A DNA stretch of 64,000 bases, from the NCBI RefSeq assembly GCF_053078305.1, contig NZ_CP166879.1; one strand, given 5' to 3'. The stretch's first letter is position 1; each line of letters opens with the position of its first letter. Positions 46,552 to 54,600 of this stretch are shown here, piece after piece. The notes below the pieces were generated by a model. The model worked only from the letters and a program-made list of their open reading frames with translations, was not told the DNA's origin and ran no database searches. A program made the translations under genes and the position numbers.

Positions 46552-47448
46552 TCAGTAACAGCAGTAGCGAATAAAATAAAAAAATACCGGAGCGGTGAAA
46601 ATTAATGAGTCAATCCTGTCAAGGAGTCCGCCATGTCCTGGTAATAGTTTTCCGCTATCTTTAACACCCACATCTCGTTTGACGGCTGACATCACTACAT
46701 CGCCGCAAAAACCACTAATACCAATTAACAAACCCGCTAATAATGCCTGTAATGTATTTAGCGGTGTCAGCAACGGTCCAATAATCAGTGACGCAATCAT
46801 GGTGGTGATTACGCCCCCCACCAGACCTTCCAGCGTTTTTCCCGGGCTGACTTTGGGGACCACTTTTCTTCTGCCGCAGGATTTCCCCCATAAATACTGT
46901 GCAATATCGTTTGACTCTGTTAACGCCAAAAGAAATAACACCAGTAACGCCCCGCCCTGGGTATTTGTGGTTGGCAACATTAATAACCAGGCGGCATGAC
47001 TCAAGGCGAAAACGGTCATTATCCAGCCCCAAAAAATGGCGCTCACGGTATGCAGAAAACCGGAGGTATCACCTACTAAAACTCGCCAGGTGGTTAATAT
47101 CAGAAACCCAGCCAAAGGTATAAATAACAGAAACAGCTCAAAGCAATTAAAACCGATAAGCAAATAGTTAAGAGGAATAACCCAATATAACCAACGCGGA
47201 AAATGTACGGATATAAGCGTACAATATTCTTTCAATGCCAGAAAACTTATCAGCGCAAAAAACGTCAACGTCATCCAGCGTGGACCTGAAATCACCAGTG
47301 AAAAACAAATGACGATACCCCACCAGGTACGAATACGTAATGTAACTTCATCCTCTTTTCTCTCCGGTAACCGCCATACCCGAAAACGGTTTATCAGCGT
47401 TGCTAAAATTAACAACGCGAAAAGTGTTGCCAGAGATTTTTCCAGCAT
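46552..47448 (-). CDS. ynbB: CDP-diglyceride synthetase-like (CdsA-family) membrane protein
   Basis: 298-aa polytopic ORF; C-terminal CdsA signature SAVKRDVGVKDSGKLLPGHGGLLDRIDS. Confidence 0.85.
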   Translation of the reverse strand: MLEKSLATLFALLILATLINRFRVWRLPERKEDEVTLRIRTWWGIVICFSLVISGPRWMTLTFFALISFLALKEYCTLISVHFPRWLYWVIPLNYLLIGFNCFELFLLFIPLAGFLILTTWRVLVGDTSGFLHTVSAIFWGWIMTVFALSHAAWLLMLPTTNTQGGALLVLFLLALTESNDIAQYLWGKSCGRRKVVPKVSPGKTLEGLVGGVITTMIASLIIGPLLTPLNTLQALLAGLLIGISGFCGDVVMSAVKRDVGVKDSGKLLPGHGGLLDRIDSLIFTAPVFFYFIRYCCY

Positions 47449-48053
47449 TATCTTTCAGCACTCATCAGGAGCACACTCCGACAACGATTAATCGCAGTCC
47501 AGATAAGCAGAATTGAAGCAATGCCCCATAAAAGATTATTCCATTGCATCCACTGTGGATAAATGGCAACGGCCAGCCCCCACAACCCAAATATTAACGC
47601 ACGATCGCTTTTGCCGAATGGACCGGCATAACTGCGAATACCGTTAATCGTCTGCGCGAGTAAACCGCAAAACTCAGTCAATATGGTGAAAAATAACATG
47701 AGTATTACGAGTGATGCGTTACTTTCTGGTAAAAATAAAAACGGTAAATAGAGCGCAATATCGGAAATAACATCGCCAGTTTCATTCAAAATCGCCCCCA
47801 GACGTGTTTGCAGATTGCACTCACGCGCCAACATGCCATCCAGCGCATTGAGTGCCATACGGATAAAAAGCACGATGGGCAATAGCAAAAAGAGGATGGG
47901 TTGTGCGACCAACATCAACAGCAATCCGGTAATAAGAGAAAGCGCCAGTGCAGCAAGAGTGATGTGATTCGCTGTAACATGGTGCTTATAAAGCCAAAAC
48001 ATCGTCGGCCTTAACAGCGACTGAAAGAGCGGTTTTATCTGGTAGAGCGTCAT
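47448..48053 (-). CDS. ynbA: CDP-alcohol phosphatidyltransferase-family membrane protein
   Basis: ORF 47448..48059 trimmed to MTLYQIKPLF (201 aa); motif region ALDGMLAR...G...D...D; stop overlaps ynbB start. Confidence 0.85.
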   Translation of the reverse strand: MTLYQIKPLFQSLLRPTMFWLYKHHVTANHITLAALALSLITGLLLMLVAQPILFLLLPIVLFIRMALNALDGMLARECNLQTRLGAILNETGDVISDIALYLPFLFLPESNASLVILMLFFTILTEFCGLLAQTINGIRSYAGPFGKSDRALIFGLWGLAVAIYPQWMQWNNLLWGIASILLIWTAINRCRSVLLMSAER

Positions 48054-48222
48054 TATCAATCCTTGATAATTCGGTTTGCGCTATGGTGCATCAATTCCCC
48101 TGACGGAGATATCGCAACACGACGCTTCATTAAAAATTCAGAATATATCAAGGTATTGGGGACTCACTGTCAGGAATGATTATCCCAATAAATCAAGTGG
48201 TTAAAAATTATTACGCTGTTAT

Positions 48223-50529
48223 TCAATACAACTCATCAAGTTTTCTCATCGCTTGTTCCCGTATTGCGCGCGTCTTACCGTTAAGCGCCAGCTGGCGAAC
48301 TAAATCCAGTTCAGGGTTAACAAGCTCTAACGCCAGCAAAGGATCACGTTTCAGCCTCGCCTTTAATACATCAACTGGAAAACGGGGATTATTCATCGCC
48401 ACAATCCACCACTCGGGATCAATTTCTGCCGCCAGTACTGCAGGCGGTGTGTGGCGGTTGTTAAGTGCGCCGAACTTGAAAAATGTGAGATTGCTTTTCG
48501 CCAGTGTACTCCACCATATACGATCCGGTTGTTTTGCCAGTACATCCAGTTGTGCTAACGCATCGGGGTCTAGTGCATAATAAACACGTAACGCTTCGTT
48601 AACCTGCGCACGGGAACTGTTTTCCTGCCTCAGAAAAAACTTCGCCCAAATATCATTGCGTGGCGTGTTTTGCTGTAATTCCTTGAGAACAACAGCGGGT
48701 AAATTATCCCAACTAATTAATGCTCTCTCTAAAAAGTCCCAGTCGTCCGAACGTATCAGAGAGGTGGCATTTAATAGCATCTGGTCATCAACTTCACCGT
48801 AGCTGATAAGCTCAGACAAAATCATATCAGCGCTGGTTTCATATGCATCTGAATCTGCTTTGGGATTATTTTTCCGATGCGATAAAGCACGTTGCCAAAT
48901 TTTTTGTTTCATCGACGTGCTCAGATACTGATTTTTCGCCAGATTACTCCACCCCTCAGGATCGTTGAAACGTGTCAATAACCGTTGTAAAGCAGCGTCA
49001 GAGTGAATTATCTGCATATCCCGACAGCAAAAGTAGGCAGGGGATTTTTTCTCCATCCTTTTAACAAAATTAAACTGTAAGTTATCTGGCAACGCTAAAA
49101 ATAACGCACCTATTAGATCATCGTCATTCTCGAATTTTTGGTATAAATATACTGCTATTTTGTCACTCTCTTGTGGCGTCATCCGCAACAATTGACCATG
49201 GTGTTTCATCTCTGCCAGCTTTAACGCTAAGCTTGTGACAACATCGTTTGATGAATCGTTCGCCAACTGCATTGCCTGATTGTAGGTGAGTTGTCCTCCA
49301 GCACCGACCTGACGAATAGAGGAATCATCACTGCGGATATAGCCATCAATAATGGATTCGGGCAATAACCACGCATCTTTATAAAGCTCCTGAATGATCA
49401 TATCCCAATCTCTTTTCGCCAGAGTCATGACGATATCCAGAGGGAGATTTTCACGTAGCGCAAGATTCAACGGACCGACACCATCAGGTAGATGACTCAT
49501 TCGCGTCATTATTTCGACAGAGAGCGGTTCACGGTCGAGCAACCCCAGAACAACAGGCTGGTAACCCAATTGCTGATCGGTCAACTCCAGAATCTCATTG
49601 TCAGGCATATATCTCGCCATACTTGCAATCGTTTGTCCATCATTGCTATTAATAAGTTGTTTGCGTAGGTTAGCTGAAATTCCTTTAAGCCTTGGGAGAG
49701 TTCGCATTATGGCAAGATCAAATGTCGCAATATCTCGTCCTTCAAATGCAGCAACGTTGCCTTCATCCAGCATTTGCAATTCCTGCACTAACTCAGGAGA
49801 AGGCTTAGGGCGAAACAGCGCTTCTTTTTTCATCTGATTACAGACATTCCCTGCCATGCGAATATTGCTTCGCTTAAAAATTTCTTTCAGAGCATCTTCA
49901 TCATTTATTAGACCCCAATAATATGCATCAGGATTTATTATCTTCAACGCTTTTTTGACATTTTCAGTGTCATTTTTATCACTCGCACGGACCATGAATT
50001 CACTATTTGTCGAAGACGCAACAACAGGTGCAATTATGTCATTGATAAATATCCCACGCGCATTAATACTCCCCTTAATCGTAGACGGATTATCGTAATA
50101 TGAGTCGATAAATACCAGTCCACTTGCATTTATCGAACCGGTAATTAACAGTGGTGAATCCGTAACTATATTCGTTGCCGTCACGTTACCGAGAATAACC
50201 CATGGATTAGAAAGAGAGAAAGTGGAAATATTACCTTTGACTGTCAAATTGCCAAGAACAATCAATTTTTGATTACTCTCTATATTACCTTCTACCACTA
50301 AATCGCCACGATGCACTTTCCAGTCCGATGCAGATAAACCGAAGGGGACAAGATTCACGCTACTGTTGATAGCTTGTTCAACTTGTTGTTTATCTTCAGC
50401 GGTAGCCGCAGAAAAAAATGGTTCAATATCAACTGCATTTGCAACACATCGAAGTTCCGCCTGTACTGGAAGACTCAGCATAAACAGGGGGAGTAAACCT
50501 ATCCAGCTGCAAATCCTGGGCTTAAACAT
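48223..50529 (-). CDS. ydbD: Large secreted protein of unknown function YdbD
   Basis: ORF 48223..50535 trimmed to MFKPRICSWIGLLPLFMLSLPVQA (signal peptide); 768 aa. Confidence 0.85.
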   Translation of the reverse strand: MFKPRICSWIGLLPLFMLSLPVQAELRCVANAVDIEPFFSAATAEDKQQVEQAINSSVNLVPFGLSASDWKVHRGDLVVEGNIESNQKLIVLGNLTVKGNISTFSLSNPWVILGNVTATNIVTDSPLLITGSINASGLVFIDSYYDNPSTIKGSINARGIFINDIIAPVVASSTNSEFMVRASDKNDTENVKKALKIINPDAYYWGLINDEDALKEIFKRSNIRMAGNVCNQMKKEALFRPKPSPELVQELQMLDEGNVAAFEGRDIATFDLAIMRTLPRLKGISANLRKQLINSNDGQTIASMARYMPDNEILELTDQQLGYQPVVLGLLDREPLSVEIMTRMSHLPDGVGPLNLALRENLPLDIVMTLAKRDWDMIIQELYKDAWLLPESIIDGYIRSDDSSIRQVGAGGQLTYNQAMQLANDSSNDVVTSLALKLAEMKHHGQLLRMTPQESDKIAVYLYQKFENDDDLIGALFLALPDNLQFNFVKRMEKKSPAYFCCRDMQIIHSDAALQRLLTRFNDPEGWSNLAKNQYLSTSMKQKIWQRALSHRKNNPKADSDAYETSADMILSELISYGEVDDQMLLNATSLIRSDDWDFLERALISWDNLPAVVLKELQQNTPRNDIWAKFFLRQENSSRAQVNEALRVYYALDPDALAQLDVLAKQPDRIWWSTLAKSNLTFFKFGALNNRHTPPAVLAAEIDPEWWIVAMNNPRFPVDVLKARLKRDPLLALELVNPELDLVRQLALNGKTRAIREQAMRKLDELY

Positions 50530-50545
50530 ATGCACTCCATGCCAT

Positions 50546-50584
50546 TAAAAAAGAAACAAAAGGGAAATGCATCTTTCCCTTTTG
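50546..50584 (-). terminator. Intrinsic terminator of pdxI (ydbC)
   Basis: Minus strand: aaagggaaa-gatgca-tttcccttt hairpin then gtttctttttt. Confidence 0.55.
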
Positions 50585-50592
50585 TATATTCG

Positions 50593-51453
50593 TTATTCTC
50601 GCGAAATACCATCCAACGTAGACAACACTTCCTCAGAAAGATGCAATTTTTCAGCAGCCATATTCTCCCGTAAATGCGCAACAGAAGACGTCCCTGGGAT
50701 CAGCAAAATATTCGGTGAACGTTGTAACAGCCACGCCAGCGCCACCTGCATTGGTGTTGCACCCAGGCTCGCAGCAACATCGGAAAGCGTGGAAGATTGC
50801 AGCGGCGTAAAGCCCCCGAGCGGAAAGAACGGCACGTAGGCAATGCCGTCACGAGCCAAAGCTTCAATCATTGCGTCATCAGCACGATGAGCAATGTTGT
50901 ATTCGTTCTGCACACAGACGATTTCGGCAATCTTGCGCGCCTCTGCAACCTGCGTCGGTGTGACGTTGCTCAGGCCAATATGTTTTACCAGGCCTTGTTG
51001 TTGCATCTCTGCCAGCACGGTCAGGCTGGCTTCAATCGATCCTTCCGCCGGGCCATGACCATCCCCCATCATCACGCGCAGGTTAACCACATCCAGTATG
51101 TCCAGGCCGAGATTACGTAGATTATCGTGTACCGCTTTTTGCAGCTCTGCCGGAGAAAATGCGGGCAACCAGGATGCGTCCTCTCCACGCCGCGCACCAA
51201 TTTTAGTGACAATTGTCAGATCGTCAGAGTAAGGATAAAGCGCTTCGCGGATAATCTGATTGGTGACGTGCGGACCATAAAAGTCGCTGGTATCAATGTG
51301 ATTGACGCCCAATGCCAGCGCCTCACGCAGCACGGTTATAGCGACGTGGCGATCTCTTGGGGGGCCAAAAACCCCAGGACCTGCCAGTTGCATCGCGCCA
51401 TAACCAAGACGGTTAACGGATTTTGTACCGAGAGTAAATGTATTGCTGCTCAT
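50593..51453 (-). CDS. pdxI: Aldo-keto reductase (pyridoxine 4-dehydrogenase PdxI / YdbC)
   Basis: 286-aa ORF with AKR-family sequence (GYGAMQLAG..., IDTSDFYG). Confidence 0.88.
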   Translation of the reverse strand: MSSNTFTLGTKSVNRLGYGAMQLAGPGVFGPPRDRHVAITVLREALALGVNHIDTSDFYGPHVTNQIIREALYPYSDDLTIVTKIGARRGEDASWLPAFSPAELQKAVHDNLRNLGLDILDVVNLRVMMGDGHGPAEGSIEASLTVLAEMQQQGLVKHIGLSNVTPTQVAEARKIAEIVCVQNEYNIAHRADDAMIEALARDGIAYVPFFPLGGFTPLQSSTLSDVAASLGATPMQVALAWLLQRSPNILLIPGTSSVAHLRENMAAEKLHLSEEVLSTLDGISRE

Positions 51454-51619
51454 CGCACCCTGCCCTGTAATAAAACGGATTAAGAAAAATCAGTATAGAA
51501 ACGAAAAGAGATAAATAATGCGAAGGCGTAAACAAGATTTCTGGATGAGTAGCACTATTGTCCTGAAAGACACCAAAACATTAGACAGCAAAAGATAAGT
51601 CAAGCGTCGCATCCGGCAA

Positions 51620-51650
51620 TAAAAAACCGCAACCTGTATCAGCGTTGCGG
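51620..51650 (-). terminator. Intrinsic terminator of ydbA
   Basis: Minus strand: ccgcaac-gctgatacag-gttgcgg hairpin followed by ttttttatt; about 20 bp after ydbA stop; a REP-like half-site gcgtcgcatccggca lies adjacent. Confidence 0.6.
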
Positions 51651-51672
51651 TTTGTGTATCACATGCTAAAAA

Positions 51673-54600
51673 TTAGAACGTTTTCTTAAAGTTCAGCATC
51701 ACGCCTTTGTCGCTGATGCCGTCCTCTTTCCAGTGATACGCATCCAGATTCAGCGAACTTTCTTTGCTACTGTACTTCACGCCGACGCTCGCCAGGCTGT
51801 TGATACCGCCGCCCTTCTGACCGTCATCGACGTTAAAGTGCTGGCTGCCTGCCCCTGCAAGGCTTGCCGTGCGCTGGCTCTTGCTGTAGCTCAGGTTCGG
51901 CCCGCCTTCCAGCGTCGCATTCGCGCTCCAGCCGCCTTTCCCTGCGTAGTCCAGTTTCAGCCCGACGATGCTGTCCACCGCCGTTTCGCTGCCGCTGTTC
52001 ATGCTCAGGTTAAAGTCTCCGGCATTGCGCTCCTGATAGCCGCCTTCCAGCGTGTGACGCAGTTTCACTCCGGCGTACGGGGTGATTTTCAGCCCTTCGC
52101 GCGGTTCAAAGGTTTTTGCCCCTTCGCTGCGGAACTCCAGGTACTGCTGTTTCACATCCGTGTCTGCCGTTTTGCTGACGTCGCCGTAAGCCACCGAGCG
52201 GCTGCTGTCGAGGTTATGCACGTCATAGCGCAGGGCGTTGTTCCAGTTCATCCCGTTGTCGAAGAACATCTGGTGCTTCAGGCCGAAGAACTGGCTGTAA
52301 CCACCGGTTACGCCGTTGTCGCCCGCTTTCTGCGCACCGTCGCCATCCAGACGGGCGATACCGTACTCCAGACTCAGGCTCTGGCTTTCGCTCAGGTCAA
52401 CGGTTTTACGCAACGCCAGCATGTCGTACTCGGTGTTATTTCCGAGTTCAGCACGCGGGTCGCCTTTCGCCACCACGTTAAACGCCAGACCGTTGCCCAT
52501 CTTCGGCGCGGCGTCCGCCAGCATGCTGAAGCGGTTGCTCAGCACGCGCGCCTCGCGGAATACCGTGGTTGCCTGGCTGCCGCTCACCTGCTTCAGGGCG
52601 CTGTTCAGTTCGGCAGTAGTGCCGACGTTCAGGCTGGTATACAGCTCGTTGTTGGTGTAACCCGCATCCAGTGCCTTCGCCACATCGTTCACCGAAGCAT
52701 CGGTCGCCACATCGGTGTAGGCGTTTTTGCTCATGGTGACGTCAACGTTGCCGCTGGCATCGGTGCTGCCTTTGGCGGTCCACACCACAGACGTTGAGGT
52801 GATGGCATCGGCGTCGGTCAGGTTGCTGCCTTCCACCACGTTGTCGAAACTGACCGTGGTGTCTGCCGTACCGGCGGCGAAACCGGTGTTGATCCCGACA
52901 CCGTTCATGCTGGCGTTGTTGACCTTGAGCTTACCGGCGCTGCCGTCAACGTTGGTACCGACCACATAACCGTTGAGGTTGTTGCTACCGCTGCCAGTCG
53001 CATCTCCCCCTGTTGTTACGCCACCAGAACTGGTGTTCGGCACTTCCGGCAACGTGTAGTCGGTGTAATGCACTTCGGTATTATTACCGTTGTTGCCGTT
53101 CACCCCTTCCACGTTCACGCTGTCGCCCTGCTTAATCAACCCGGAACCGGTCACGCCATCGGCAATCACCACGGTACCGTTGTTAACGATATGGCCTTGT
53201 GTTCCCAACACACTGAATGCAAAGGAATCGTTAGCATAGATATTAATCGTGCCGTTGTTCTCGATCACCGCGTCTGCGGTAGCGTTGGCATCCAGTTGCA
53301 TACCAATTAACCCGGTATCGGTGGTACCTTCGGTGCCGAGATTGATAACGCCGTTGTTAACCAGTTGTGCGTTTTTATCACCTTCCATCGCCACGGCATT
53401 GTTGCCGCTGATGTTCATCACGCCATCGTTGAGGGCAACATAGTTGTTGTGGGTGAATTTAACTGCGCTGGCGTTGTCTTTATCGAAGTTAATCACCCCG
53501 CCATCCTGGTTCCACAGGAAGGCATCGCTTTCTGTCGCACCAGCGGTACTTACCGCCACAGTGACTTTCGCATCCACCACGCCCTTGTTAATAAACTGGC
53601 TGGCGCCGTCGTCATAGTGAATAGCGCCCGCGCCAAGTGCGGCATCCAGCGTCATTTCACCGGTGTTATATAACGTGGCGTTAGCATTGCTTCCCTGGAA
53701 GCGAATGGCGTTTTTACTGTTATCAAGGATGAGCTTGCCGCTGTTGTTGAACGTTGATTGGTCGTCAATATCCAGCGTCCCGGCATTGTTATTTTCATCC
53801 TGATAACCCATTTTCCAGGTCCCCGCGTTATTCACCACCGCAGAGTTATAGAGAATGGCACCTTTACGCGCCTCGCCGCCTGCAAGGTTATTGAATACCG
53901 CATCGCCCTGAGCGTTAACGCGCGCCGACGCAATACCGCTGTTATTCACCGTACCATCGTGAAGTTGTAAAGTTGACAGGGAACCGGTGTTATTAATTAC
54001 CGCGTTGCTGTTTTTCTCAATTTTTACGACGTCATTAAGCGTTCCGTTGTTATTGAAGGTTCCTCCTTCCAGAGTCACCGTGTTCAATACACCTTCATTG
54101 GTTAACGCACCGCCTTCATTCACGACGATGGCTGAGCTAATGGTTCCGCTCGACTCGTTAACCAGCGCACCATTTTCGAGTATCCTGATCGTTCCATTTT
54201 TAACAGCACCCGCACTGGTGACATCCCCGTTGATAATCGCACCTGACGATAATAATACGGTCTCACCCGCAGAACTTAATACATCGCCATCATCATATAA
54301 ATCGGCAATATAATTATCCGTTGGATTATATTCATCGGCCCCCTGGCAAACGCCAAAGGTACAAATTGTGCCATAGTTGATAATAAGCCCAGTGCCATCG
54401 TTATAGAATGCCTGACCATTTTCCGCGTTAATGTTGATTACGCCTGTCTGGTCATTAATGGCGGTGCCTTCGTGATAAACCGCCATGCCGACGAGTTTAT
54501 TCACACCGAGAGAATCGTTGTAATTTTCATTTTTCTCCAGGTTGATGGTTCCCTGGTTAATGACCGTGTTGGTATTACCATACGCCGCCATCCCCGCACC

